A stretch of 60,758 nt of DNA from a virus. Taxonomy: Duplodnaviria; Caudoviricetes. Shown in pieces: positions 17,697 through 26,481 of the stretch. How positions within the stretch are numbered: the stretch's first letter is position 1; each line of letters starts with the position of its first letter. The stretch lies in IMG/VR virus record IMGVR_UViG_3300037520_000795, positions 1 through 60,758 of that record. One strand, written 5' to 3'. The position numbers were made by a program, and so were the translations under genes. The notes below the pieces were generated by a model. That model did no database searches. It was not told the origin of the DNA and saw only the letters and a list, made by a program, of their open reading frames with translations.

Positions 17697-18739
17697 TGTA
17701 CGAAGAGGTGCTGTGCAACTTCGACCTGCACTGGGCCATCGCTCACAACTGGGCCGTGAGTCCGGTGTGCAAGATTGCCAAGGTGGATGGCCTCGACCTG
17801 TCGGGCGTGACCATCACGAACGGTGACTTCAACCAGAAGCAGTTGCAGGAGGCCATCGACAAGGAGGCCCACCTGCACCGCATCGCCGTCATTGCCGAGC
17901 AGGAGCGAGAGGGGCAGACGGTTGTGTTCTGCCCATCGGTGGCATCCTCCAAAGGGGTGTGCCATTACTTGAACCACAACTACGGGGTGCCTTCCGTCTA
18001 CGTATACGGCACGATGCCCGAAGACGACAGGCGGGAGGCGCTCCGGAAGTTCAAGACCGGAGAGGCACAGGTGCTGGTGAACTGTCAGGTGGTGGCGGTT
18101 GGATTCGATCACCCACCCACAGCCACGCTGATCCTCGGTCGACCGACACGGAGCCGGTCGTTCTGGCTTCAGTGCGTGGGCCGTGCCACGCGTCCGCTGG
18201 CTGGCGTCGTGGACTTTCCGGGGTCGACCATCGACTCTCGCGGAGAGGCCATTGCCGCTAGCAAGAAGCCCCGGTTCAAGATCGTGGACTGCACCGACGA
18301 GACTCTGAACCACAGGCTGGTGACGTCTGTCGACATGTTCGTGGACCAGAGCGACGAGGTCAAGCAGATCGTCAAGCAGGCTTCGGCCGACGCAAAGGAG
18401 CCGCTGACCCCGGAGGAACTCGACCTTCTGGCCCAGCAGGAACTGGAGCGCCGGAGGATCGCCGCTGAGATCGAGGCTCGCCGGAAGCTGCTGGTTGGCA
18501 AGGCGAAGGGGAGGATTCGCGAGACGGCCGTCGACCTTTCCGCCGACTCCACGGCACGGGTGGGCACCTACTACAATCCGCTGAAGGGCAAGTACGCTGG
18601 GCTCAAGATGTCCCAGCTACCCGACCACTACATCCACTGGGCATGCGGCCCTGCCGCCAAGCTCAACGGGTGGGTGAGGAACGTCTTCATCCGAGAGAGA
18701 GCGAGGAGATTCAATGAGCGACGACCTGCTCACAGGTGA
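17696..18739 (+). CDS. SF2 helicase, C-terminal RecA2 half, with a DUF3820-like tail
   Basis: VVFCPSV, LVNCQVVAVGFDHP, RPTRS and QCVGRATR motifs; C-terminal GKYAG...LPDHYIHW. Confidence 0.85.
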   Translation: MYEEVLCNFDLHWAIAHNWAVSPVCKIAKVDGLDLSGVTITNGDFNQKQLQEAIDKEAHLHRIAVIAEQEREGQTVVFCPSVASSKGVCHYLNHNYGVPSVYVYGTMPEDDRREALRKFKTGEAQVLVNCQVVAVGFDHPPTATLILGRPTRSRSFWLQCVGRATRPLAGVVDFPGSTIDSRGEAIAASKKPRFKIVDCTDETLNHRLVTSVDMFVDQSDEVKQIVKQASADAKEPLTPEELDLLAQQELERRRIAAEIEARRKLLVGKAKGRIRETAVDLSADSTARVGTYYNPLKGKYAGLKMSQLPDHYIHWACGPAAKLNGWVRNVFIRERARRFNERRPAHR

Positions 18740-18980
18740 CACCAAGGACGAGATCGAGGGGGTGTTCTTTCCACCCCTGGAAGACAACGACAACCCCACG
18801 GAATGGGAGCCGGTGACAATCCGGATCGACAGTGAAGCTCGACCTTCTGCACCTCCTTCTCTACTGCGCCGCTTCTGCACCGCCTTTGCGTCATGCTTTC
18901 GCTCACGGCCCAGAGTTGTGGCGTCGGTGCATCGTGAACAAGGAAGCCGCGAAGAGGGCGGCACAGAAGATGGGACTTGA
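18714..18980 (+). CDS. Hypothetical protein
   Basis: ATG after a GAGGAG SD; overlaps its neighbours. Confidence 0.5.
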   Translation: MSDDLLTGDTKDEIEGVFFPPLEDNDNPTEWEPVTIRIDSEARPSAPPSLLRRFCTAFASCFRSRPRVVASVHREQGSREEGGTEDGT

Positions 18981-19446
18981 CGAGGATCAAGTCATGGCGG
19001 CGGTCACCACCATGCGGACGGTGCGGCGATGCCCAAGCCCAGAGCGGATGGCGGTCGTCGTCATGAACGATCCCGGACTGGACGACGAGGACATTGCGGA
19101 GATGTTCAGCCGCAGCGAACGGTGGGCTCGCATGGTTCGGTCCCAAGCAGAAGACATTCGACGCGACGAGCCGCTGGGGGAGGCCCTCTATCCTTGGATG
19201 TACCCCTCCGATCCAACGCACCAAGAGCTTGAGCGTCGTCAGGATGAAGCCAGGGAGTTGTACGCCGCTGGCCTTCTCACCAAGACTCGGGTAGATTTTT
19301 TTGCCAGCCGTCGTGCCTTGCTTGCCAATGGAGTGCAGGTCAGTGGAGGACAAAGACAAGACGATTGCGGAATTGAGGGCCCAGGTCCGTCTTCTGATGC
19401 AGGAGATTGCGAGACTGAAGGCCAAGCTTCTCAGTACATGGGGTGA
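18832..19446 (+). CDS. Hypothetical protein, possible HTH
   Basis: PGLDDEDIAEMFSRSERWAR resembles a helix-turn-helix; start uncertain. Confidence 0.5.
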   Translation: MKLDLLHLLLYCAASAPPLRHAFAHGPELWRRCIVNKEAAKRAAQKMGLDEDQVMAAVTTMRTVRRCPSPERMAVVVMNDPGLDDEDIAEMFSRSERWARMVRSQAEDIRRDEPLGEALYPWMYPSDPTHQELERRQDEARELYAAGLLTKTRVDFFASRRALLANGVQVSGGQRQDDCGIEGPGPSSDAGDCETEGQASQYMG

Positions 19447-19453
19447 CGCATGA
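19328..19453 (+). CDS. Small coiled-coil protein (41 aa), not in the ORF track
   Basis: MECRSVEDKDKTIAELRAQVRLLMQEIARLKAKLL; ATGA coupling to the next ORF. Confidence 0.45.
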   Translation: MECRSVEDKDKTIAELRAQVRLLMQEIARLKAKLLSTWGDA

Positions 19454-19614
19454 GCGATCCAACGCCGATAGTAGTCAAACTTCCGGCCTTCAGTATCTCG
19501 GCACCGCCTCCGTGGAACCGGATAACCTGGGCCGAGATACTCGCCATCCTTGTGGCTCGCCTTACTGCACAGGGTTTTATTGTCACCATCGAGGACCATG
19601 ACAATGCTGAATGA
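19450..19614 (+). CDS. Small hypothetical protein (54 aa), not in the ORF track
   Basis: MSDPTPIVVKLP...; fills the gap and is coupled to the upstream ORF. Confidence 0.45.
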   Translation: MSDPTPIVVKLPAFSISAPPPWNRITWAEILAILVARLTAQGFIVTIEDHDNAE

Positions 19615-19885
19615 CAACGACGAGATGGAGAACATCTGCCTGTTCCGGACCTACCACACCAACATTCGGGTCTGGGTAAGCAGGGAGGCCGAGGGGCCAT
19701 CGGACATCGATGACTACGAAGAGATTCGCCAGTTCATCGAACTCAACCGGTACGCCATCGACAAGATGGAAGACCGGATGGAGGCGTGCCTGATGATTGC
19801 CAAGCAGTACCCTCGCGTTGCTGCGGTGGAAGTGATGGACGGCGGGGCCCGTTGCGGTAGTCTCTACTACTCAAAGTGGCCGTGA
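19598..19885 (+). CDS. Hypothetical protein
   Basis: ATG after GAGGA; in the operon. Confidence 0.55.
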   Translation: MTMLNDNDEMENICLFRTYHTNIRVWVSREAEGPSDIDDYEEIRQFIELNRYAIDKMEDRMEACLMIAKQYPRVAAVEVMDGGARCGSLYYSKWP

Positions 19886-19907
19886 CCGACCATCCGGAGA
19901 AGCATGG

Positions 19908-20378
19908 ATGCAAGTGACGCTATCGCCCGTGGAGTTCGATGTGGCAGTCAACGCCGCTCGACTCAGGATGATTGCCTCTGCTGCCAAGAAGCTGAACCAT
20001 TCGTCGACCTACGAACGCAACTACATCAAGCGTCTGGAGGAGGAGGTTATCGGTGCGTGTGCCGAGCTAGCGCTTGGCAAACTCACTGGCGAGTACTTCA
20101 TCCCGTCGCTCAACACGTTCCACTGCGTGCCCGACTTCCTCAGGGATGTCGAGGTTCGCGGAACTGCCCTTGACACCGGACGGTTGATTCTGCGAAACAA
20201 TGACGACGACGCTCGGAGGTATGTCCTCGCTATCGTGGACGCCCCGATCGTCACGTTCGTCGGATGGATTAAAGGCAAGGACGGCAGGAAGGGCGAGTAT
20301 GTCCGCAACCCCAAGGGGTATCGGAAGGCTCACTTCGTCCCGCAGGAAGCCTTGCGTCCGATGAGCGAGTTCAAGTAG
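19908..20378 (+). CDS. Restriction-endonuclease-fold hypothetical protein
   Basis: GACAELAL...PDF...VEVR pattern (E...PD...ExK/R). Confidence 0.5.
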   Translation: MQVTLSPVEFDVAVNAARLRMIASAAKKLNHSSTYERNYIKRLEEEVIGACAELALGKLTGEYFIPSLNTFHCVPDFLRDVEVRGTALDTGRLILRNNDDDARRYVLAIVDAPIVTFVGWIKGKDGRKGEYVRNPKGYRKAHFVPQEALRPMSEFK

Positions 20379-20686
20379 GCACTGTTGCCACACTGGCCCG
20401 ATGATCGGCTCGCCGCCAACCTGCCCCTGCGGGGGTGCAACAAGAGCGAGCACAACCAGCAGCACGGAAGTGTGGCTGCTGGCTCCGGGAATAGCAGGGC
20501 ACGCTGTCGACTCCAGCCCTGACGTAGTCGAGGACCGTCCCGGCGGGGCGAAGGATGTAAGGAGGTGGACCCCGTGAACAACGACGCACCCCCGCTCTCC
20601 CAACGTGGCTCCACTCGTTGAGGCGTGTGACTCTGGCTTACCCCCGGAGTCGCTTCCCTCGTTCACCACTCGTTGAAACGGTTTGC

Positions 20687-21094
20687 ATGGACGCACAGCA
20701 GTCTCGGGAACTAACGGCTTGGCTAAAGGACATGGCGGATCGGTGTGCCGTGTGCTGGTGGCCGAGGAGTGATCTTCGTCGGGCCATCGAGGTTCACCAC
20801 ATGGTTGGTGGTTCGTCTCGATCGAAGGGCCATGACCCCAGGAACTACGTGCTGCTGTGTGCCCGGTGCCACGGCGTGCTTCACTCAGGGAAAATCTACG
20901 CCTTGACCCCCGATCTGAACGCTCGTATACTCCTCGCCGTCAAGCAGGAGAGCGACCCCGAACGCTACGCTCCGCAGTATCTGGCTGAGCTTCGGCACAA
21001 GAAGCATCTAGGCTACGACCCCGAGCCTGTCCCCCAGTTCTATCTGGACGAGCGGAAGCAGAACGCTTCTGGCTGGAAACAACGCAGGCCGTAA
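20687..21094 (+). CDS. HNH endonuclease
   Basis: CAVC...EVHH...N..LLCARCH. Confidence 0.8.
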   Translation: MDAQQSRELTAWLKDMADRCAVCWWPRSDLRRAIEVHHMVGGSSRSKGHDPRNYVLLCARCHGVLHSGKIYALTPDLNARILLAVKQESDPERYAPQYLAELRHKKHLGYDPEPVPQFYLDERKQNASGWKQRRP

Positions 21095-21112
21095 CTCAAC
21101 GGAAGGGTGATC

Positions 21113-21358
21113 ATGCAGACAGGCAACACCTTCAAGACCGTCAACCACAAGGTCCGCGTCCTGTGGAGCAGCACGGGGACGAACCGTGACTTCACGGTCT
21201 TCAACAAGGTTGGCTCCTGGCTTGGCAAGAACGGGCGAGCCCTCGACAAGAAGACTCCCCACGAAGTCGTCAAGGAAATCTCCGACCAGTTCCCGGAAGT
21301 GAACGAGGTCGAGTGCGAGGACTCCTTCGGCCGCATCGCACGGATGGTCAAGCCATGA
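21113..21358 (+). CDS. Hypothetical protein
   Basis: Coupled ORF; its ending (FPEVNEVE) loosely resembles that of 19598-19885 (YPRVAAVE). Confidence 0.6.
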   Translation: MQTGNTFKTVNHKVRVLWSSTGTNRDFTVFNKVGSWLGKNGRALDKKTPHEVVKEISDQFPEVNEVECEDSFGRIARMVKP

Positions 21359-21732
21359 AGTACAAGGACGTCTGGGTTTACATTGCATCGCCGTACACTC
21401 AAGGCGATCAGGCAATGAACGTGCGGTTCCAACACACGATCTGGGATGTGCTGTTCCAGCTTGGCGTGACTCCAATCGCACCGTTGCTGTCTCACTATCA
21501 GCACATCTTCCAGCCCCGGCCTTACGAAGACTGGATCGCCTACGACGACTCGCTTGTCAGTCGGTGCGATGTGTGCCTGCGTCTTGCGGCCTGCGAGCGG
21601 ACGGTCAAGTACCGCCAGGAAGAAAGCCCTGGTGCCGACCGTGAGGTGGCGATGTTCATGGCCGCTGGCAAGCCGGTGTTCACGAACCTTGTTTCTCTGG
21701 AACTCTGGCTACAGCAAGGAGCAGGACGTTGA
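21355..21732 (+). CDS. DUF4406/DUF1937-type nucleoside deoxyribosyltransferase-fold protein
   Basis: VYIASPYT...P...W...D..L..RCD...ESPGADRE...GKPVF. Confidence 0.7.
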   Translation: MKYKDVWVYIASPYTQGDQAMNVRFQHTIWDVLFQLGVTPIAPLLSHYQHIFQPRPYEDWIAYDDSLVSRCDVCLRLAACERTVKYRQEESPGADREVAMFMAAGKPVFTNLVSLELWLQQGAGR

Positions 21733-22133
21733 ACTCACGGGACAAGGGCGGTCGGGGGGAGCGAGAGGGCTCGGCAATCTGGGCCAGCCTTTGGGGCGTC
21801 TTTGCCCGGCGTGGCCAGCAGCGGTCTGGTTCCCCGGACAGTCCGGATATCATCCATGGGATGGACGGCGTTCACATCGAGGTCAAGCGCTGTGAGCGTG
21901 GCAACCCGTACGACTGGATTACGCAGGCCGTCCGTGACGCTGGGGACAATATCCCTGTGGTCATGCACAAGAGAAACCACAGGCCGTGGCTGCTCATCGT
22001 GAGGTTGGAAGATGCCCCGAGATTCGTCATGGCGGCGGGCCTTAGCCCGACAGTTCAAGCGATGGGCGTCCAGGGAGTTCCCGCTGGTGTTCCCTGTGAG
22101 GGTGTATGTTCGACCGTCGAAGGTAATGGGTGA
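21729..22133 (+). CDS. Holliday-junction resolvase-like PD-(D/E)XK nuclease
   Basis: SRDKGGRGERE...SPDI...HIEVKR...W..QA. Confidence 0.75.
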   Translation: MNSRDKGGRGEREGSAIWASLWGVFARRGQQRSGSPDSPDIIHGMDGVHIEVKRCERGNPYDWITQAVRDAGDNIPVVMHKRNHRPWLLIVRLEDAPRFVMAAGLSPTVQAMGVQGVPAGVPCEGVCSTVEGNG

Positions 22134-22395
22134 TTACCTTGGGTACTTCCGGTTGCACGGAACCACCCATGCCGCCATCATTGCCGTCTCGGACGCGACC
22201 GACAAGACCACTCTGCTTGACACACTCTGCGAGGAATGGGCCCATGCGAGAACGTACAACCTGGGGACGCCCGCGGTCGATCGACTTATTCCCAAGCATC
22301 TCCCCACCCAAACCGGAGAAGACCCCCATCACCACCCTACTTTCTGGGCAGAGTACGGGCGAATCCAAACCGCCTGTCGAGCCCGAGATTTCTGA
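22012..22395 (+). CDS. SprT-like zincin-fold protein
   Basis: TLCEEWAH (HExxH variant) and a downstream H..TFW; overlaps its neighbours. Confidence 0.55.
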   Translation: MPRDSSWRRALARQFKRWASREFPLVFPVRVYVRPSKVMGDYLGYFRLHGTTHAAIIAVSDATDKTTLLDTLCEEWAHARTYNLGTPAVDRLIPKHLPTQTGEDPHHHPTFWAEYGRIQTACRARDF

Positions 22396-22738
22396 GGACG
22401 CCCGGCAGATCGGGGCCAACCTCTCCTGCCTGGACATCCTCCTGTCGGACGACCCCTACTGGCCCGTCTGCGTGGCCCTGTGGCGGCTCCTGTCCCGGAA
22501 GCGGGGGTATTACGGGTGCGTCCAACACCCCCTCCAGAACGCTCTGGGCGTGGCCGAGGACGGCATCATCCCCTGGGTCTACCAAGTCGCCCGAATCGGG
22601 GAGAAGTGCCGCCGACTCCGTGGCACTTTGGGGACACTAGCTATTAGGGAAACCCTCATGGACATCGCAGGCCATGCGGTCGTCGCCATCGCCTGTCTGA
22701 ATCACGCCGAACCCCCTCAGAAGAAGGACGAGACATGA
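22130..22738 (+). CDS. DUF1599-like (nucleotide-modification-associated, MazG-fold) protein; true start probably further downstream
   Basis: RKRGYYG...N...RIGEKCRRL...ETLMDIAGHAV. Confidence 0.6.
   Translation: MITLGTSGCTEPPMPPSLPSRTRPTRPLCLTHSARNGPMRERTTWGRPRSIDLFPSISPPKPEKTPITTLLSGQSTGESKPPVEPEISEDARQIGANLSCLDILLSDDPYWPVCVALWRLLSRKRGYYGCVQHPLQNALGVAEDGIIPWVYQVARIGEKCRRLRGTLGTLAIRETLMDIAGHAVVAIACLNHAEPPQKKDET
22632..22650 (+). promoter_or_regulatory. Candidate late-promoter motif GGACACT-N-TTAGGG
   Basis: Motif copy inside a CDS, where it forces A/T-ending codons, about 85 nt upstream of the membrane/protease module. Confidence 0.4.
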
Positions 22739-23055
22739 ACATCGCCGTCATGAAGTGGCTGCTCGCCAACCGCAACGTACTCCAGCAGGTGGTCGAGGCT
22801 GCCCGTGGCTGGAGGAAGGACATGCCCTACGCGGAGCAGTGGGTGATCGTCGACAAGATTGCCCGCATCCTCCTGCCCATCCTCGATCCGGCCACGGTCA
22901 CCAAGCTTTCGGTCCCGGAGTCCCCGGTCACGGTATCTGCTGCCATGTCTGTGGGTGCAGAGGTCCAGGCCCTGGGCGTGGACTGGAAGCTGATCGTGGA
23001 GGTCGTGATCCCGATCATCATCTCCATCCTCCAGGCCATCTCTCATACCCCGTGA
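22735..23055 (+). CDS. Small membrane protein
   Basis: C-terminal hydrophobic helix LIVEVVIPIIISILQAI. Confidence 0.65.
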   Translation: MNIAVMKWLLANRNVLQQVVEAARGWRKDMPYAEQWVIVDKIARILLPILDPATVTKLSVPESPVTVSAAMSVGAEVQALGVDWKLIVEVVIPIIISILQAISHTP

Positions 23056-23990
23056 GCTACGTCAGCCTTCCTCCCTACCGAGTTGCTCTGGCTTCGTCCG
23101 TCAAGTCGGTAGGGGAGAGGCTTGACTGGGGGCTAAAAGCCTACGGCATCCCGTCGATCTGGTCGCGGAGCCAAGGCGAAGGTGCGGTGGTTGCGGTCAT
23201 CGACTCTGGCGTGGCCCACCACCCCGACCTTGAGAGTGCCGTCACAGACAGGCGGAACTTCACGCTCGACGCCGAGAGTTCGGATACGCTTGGGCACGGC
23301 ACGCATGTGGCGGGCATCATCGGGGCCCGCTCTGGGATGAAGGGCATCGCTCCTGCCTGCACCATCCTGTCTCTCAAGGTGCTCGGTCACTCGGGCACGG
23401 GCGACAACACGTGGGTGGCACAGGCTATCCAGCAGGCCGTGGAATCCAAGGCTGACATCATCTGCATGTCGCTCGGCAGTCCAAAGGCAGACAGCCAAAT
23501 CCACCATGCAGTCCGTGCTGCCCATGCTGCCGGTCTGATCGTGGTCTGTGCGGCTGGCAATGACGGCTCAGCGGTGAACTACCCTGCCGCCTTCCAGGAA
23601 ACCATCGGCGTCGGGGCCGTGGACAAGGACGGCAAGGCGTGCGAGTACTCGTCTCGCGGCAAGGAGATTGCCGTCGCCGCCCCCGGCAGTGACATCACAT
23701 CCTGCTGGATTGACAACGGGTACGCCACCATCAGTGGCACCAGCATGGCAGCACCGTTCGTGGCCGGGACGCTCGCGTTGTACGTCTCGTCTGCCCGCAA
23801 GAACGGCAAGAAGGTCAACCACGCCGATGTCATGGAAGCCTTGGCCAAGACCTGCACTGACGCCGGGGACGCAGGACGCGATCCGCTGTACGGCTGGGGT
23901 CTGATCGACCCGCACAAGCTCGTCAACTACAGCCCGTCCGATTCGCGGGACGGCGTTACACTATGGATTCCAGGAGCCAGGGTGCTATGA
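23052..23990 (+). CDS. Subtilisin-family (S8) serine protease
   Basis: Catalytic triad motifs VAVIDSG, GHGTHVAG and SGTSMAAP; oxyanion motif AAGN. Confidence 0.93.
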   Translation: MSYVSLPPYRVALASSVKSVGERLDWGLKAYGIPSIWSRSQGEGAVVAVIDSGVAHHPDLESAVTDRRNFTLDAESSDTLGHGTHVAGIIGARSGMKGIAPACTILSLKVLGHSGTGDNTWVAQAIQQAVESKADIICMSLGSPKADSQIHHAVRAAHAAGLIVVCAAGNDGSAVNYPAAFQETIGVGAVDKDGKACEYSSRGKEIAVAAPGSDITSCWIDNGYATISGTSMAAPFVAGTLALYVSSARKNGKKVNHADVMEALAKTCTDAGDAGRDPLYGWGLIDPHKLVNYSPSDSRDGVTLWIPGARVL

Positions 23991-24226
23991 GCAAGCAAGT
24001 GCAGTTCGCCATCTTCGCCCTTACCGGCTGCGTGATCGTGGCCCAGTACGTTTACCCGTTGCTCAAGCCCTACCTCAAGCTGCCCGTACGCTCTGGTTCC
24101 AAGCTTCCGGCAATGCAGAACATCGAGTCAGTCATGATGGTGCGGGACCAGTACGTTGGTCGGGACCAAGCTGTGGTCGCGTGTGCCAATGAACTCCTGC
24201 AACTCCTCCTCAAAGCACAGGGCTGA
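23987..24226 (+). CDS. Small membrane protein
   Basis: N-terminal TM segment FAIFALTGCVIVAQYVY. Confidence 0.65.
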   Translation: MSKQVQFAIFALTGCVIVAQYVYPLLKPYLKLPVRSGSKLPAMQNIESVMMVRDQYVGRDQAVVACANELLQLLLKAQG

Positions 24227-24229
24227 ACC

Positions 24230-24655
24230 ATGCGTAAGCACATCCCGATCCTGCTGTGCATTGCCTTGTGCCTGCTGACCATGATTCCGAAGGTCGAGCG
24301 ACGGGCACCACGCCCCGGCCCTGTCGCCACTGCCCTGGCCACGGCCACGTTCAAGGACAAGGACGACCTTCGCCGGTACTTCAACTCGATGGCTGACGTC
24401 ACCGCCCGAGACAAGGGCCAGCGAGTCAAGACCCTGGCTCAGTGGCGAGAGGCACACCGCAACGCCTTGGGCTTGGCGTTTGGCGGCACCGGACTGGTGG
24501 GCAAGTACCCCGGCCTCGACGTAGCCATCGACGGCATCCTCCACAAGCAGCAGGGGCTGGTTGACCAGTCACTCGCCACGCCCTTGTCGGACGGACGCAC
24601 CCTGTCGGATGTGCTGGTCGATGCCTGCAAGGAAGTAGAGGCTCAATGTGAATGA
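24230..24655 (+). CDS. Signal-anchored hypothetical protein
   Basis: MRKH followed by hydrophobic ILLCIALCLLTMI. Confidence 0.65.
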   Translation: MRKHIPILLCIALCLLTMIPKVERRAPRPGPVATALATATFKDKDDLRRYFNSMADVTARDKGQRVKTLAQWREAHRNALGLAFGGTGLVGKYPGLDVAIDGILHKQQGLVDQSLATPLSDGRTLSDVLVDACKEVEAQCE

Positions 24656-25553
24656 GCATCTCCAGGGATACCGACCTGACCCGGCTGAACGCGAGAGCTT
24701 CCTTGCCAGCCAGCCTGTCCAGCGGTTCTCGATGGCTGGTCCCAAGGGCCAGTGGAAGGGCAAGCGGGCCACGCTGTGGCACTACTACCGCACCATCGAC
24801 CGCCGTGCGTACACCGAAGTGCAGACCGGACCCGACTGCACCTCGCATGGCAGCCGCAACGCACTCGACACCTCGCGGTCCGTGAGCATAGCGACTGGCC
24901 GGGCTCCCGCCACATGGAACACCATCACTGCCACCGAGCCCATCTACGGGGCGAGAGGCGACTGCGACCCACGGGGTGGCATGTCCCCTGCCCGAGCCTC
25001 ACGCTGGCTGCGTGACGTTGGCTACCACGGGAGGATGAAGTACGACGCCGTCGACTTGTCCACCTACAACTTCGCCATCGGCAGGGACTGGTGCCGGGGC
25101 GTGCCCGACAAGGTGAAGGCTCTGTGCGATGGCCGCAAGGCTGGCACCATCACCGCCATCGAATCCATGGACGACCTGTTCGACGCCCTTTTCAACGGGT
25201 ATGGAGTTCACTCCGGACAGAGTGCTGGCTGGGCAAGCACGCCCAACGGCATCTACCACCCACGCTCCCGCAACGACTGGGGGCACGACATGCAGATCGG
25301 CGGGTACGACGACACGCGTACGCACTGGCCGTACACCGTCGTGTTTCTCATGCAGTCTTGGGGTGACTGGAACGAGCCCGTCAAGGACTGGCCCGCCGAC
25401 CTCCCGCCCCCAGTGCCCGGCATGATCGTCAGCAAGGCAGACGATGCCGAGGTGTGCGTGGCAAGCAGGGATTGCTGGGCAGTCTCGGATGTTGTTGGCT
25501 ACCCGCCAACCGTGCTGCCAGACATGGGAACCATAGGGATGCTGCGAAGATGA
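24648..25553 (+). CDS. Papain-like (C1) cysteine peptidase
   Basis: Q....DCTSHG (catalytic Cys), GHDMQIGGYD (His) and QSWG. Confidence 0.75.
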   Translation: MNEHLQGYRPDPAERESFLASQPVQRFSMAGPKGQWKGKRATLWHYYRTIDRRAYTEVQTGPDCTSHGSRNALDTSRSVSIATGRAPATWNTITATEPIYGARGDCDPRGGMSPARASRWLRDVGYHGRMKYDAVDLSTYNFAIGRDWCRGVPDKVKALCDGRKAGTITAIESMDDLFDALFNGYGVHSGQSAGWASTPNGIYHPRSRNDWGHDMQIGGYDDTRTHWPYTVVFLMQSWGDWNEPVKDWPADLPPPVPGMIVSKADDAEVCVASRDCWAVSDVVGYPPTVLPDMGTIGMLRR

Positions 25554-25780
25554 TCGAATACATCCTGGCTCTGTTCATCAACGGCCGGTCGTACGTTCCA
25601 GAGATTGCCGTCGAGACGGCTTTCGTTCTGGCTGCCGAGCCTGTCGCACCCGTGCCTGTGGTCACCGGCAAGTGCTGCACCGAGTGCAAGAACACCGGGA
25701 GGCTTGTCCATGGCGACGGGCACTCCACCGATTGCAAGTGCCCGCCCACCTGTGCCTGCAAGAAGAAAGCTGGACGATGA
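25550..25780 (+). CDS. Small Cys-rich exported protein
   Basis: Hydrophobic N-terminus; CCTECKNTG...GDGH...CKCPPTCAC. Confidence 0.6.
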   Translation: MIEYILALFINGRSYVPEIAVETAFVLAAEPVAPVPVVTGKCCTECKNTGRLVHGDGHSTDCKCPPTCACKKKAGR

Positions 25781-26205
25781 AGACATGCAAGCTGCTGGAT
25801 GCGTGCGTGCGTGAGACGAAGGCTGGCAAGCTGGGCGGCGGTGCCAGCGATGCCATCGCCAGAGACATCGCCGCCATCGCCATCGAGTCCATGCCAGACG
25901 ACATAGGTCTGGTCGACAAGCGAGAGCTTCGCATGGCTGTGGCCGAGCGGTACATGGCCGAGCACAAGCCCGGCTTCCTGTTCTCGATGATCGTCCTCCC
26001 CGTCATGATCTCCCTCATCTCTCACTGGCTAGTCCAATGGTTCAAGAACCGACCGAGCCAACTCAAGGAACTGAAGGCAGCGGCATCGGGAGGGTGCGCC
26101 TGTCGGTTACGTACGGGGGCCACGCCCACCTGTACATCTACCGAGAAGGAGAAGAACTCGACGTCGTCGACGTCATCGCCAGACACGTGGCCGAAGGAAG
26201 GCTAG
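25777..26205 (+). CDS. Membrane protein
   Basis: TM segment FLFSMIVLPVMISLISHWLV; ATGA coupling. Confidence 0.6.
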   Translation: MKTCKLLDACVRETKAGKLGGGASDAIARDIAAIAIESMPDDIGLVDKRELRMAVAERYMAEHKPGFLFSMIVLPVMISLISHWLVQWFKNRPSQLKELKAAASGGCACRLRTGATPTCTSTEKEKNSTSSTSSPDTWPKEG

Positions 26206-26264
26206 AGCCGGACGCCGGGGACTTGTTGTGCATGATGCTTTGGGGGGGGTTCGATGACGCCTGA
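26037..26264 (+). CDS. Hypothetical protein overlapping the upstream gene
   Basis: Globular-looking sequence (VRLSVTYGGHAHLYIY) ending at the start of the next gene. Confidence 0.45.
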   Translation: MVQEPTEPTQGTEGSGIGRVRLSVTYGGHAHLYIYREGEELDVVDVIARHVAEGRLEPDAGDLLCMMLWGGFDDA

Positions 26265-26481
26265 GACAGAACTGTGGATGCTGTTCGTCACGCTGGCCGT
26301 GGCTGTCACGCCGTGGGCATTTAGCCTGCACGCGAAGGTGGCGGTGATCGCCAACACAATCCAGACCCTACCGCGGATGCTTGAGGAAATGAAGGATACA
26401 CTCAAGCAGCATGAGTTCCGTCTGGACACGCATGAAAAAGAAATCCAAGCTATCAAAGCGACAGCAAGACCTGACCGTTGA
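26254..26481 (+). CDS. Small TM plus coiled-coil protein (holin-like)
   Basis: One N-terminal TM segment followed by a charged coiled coil. Confidence 0.55.
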   Translation: MTPETELWMLFVTLAVAVTPWAFSLHAKVAVIANTIQTLPRMLEEMKDTLKQHEFRLDTHEKEIQAIKATARPDR

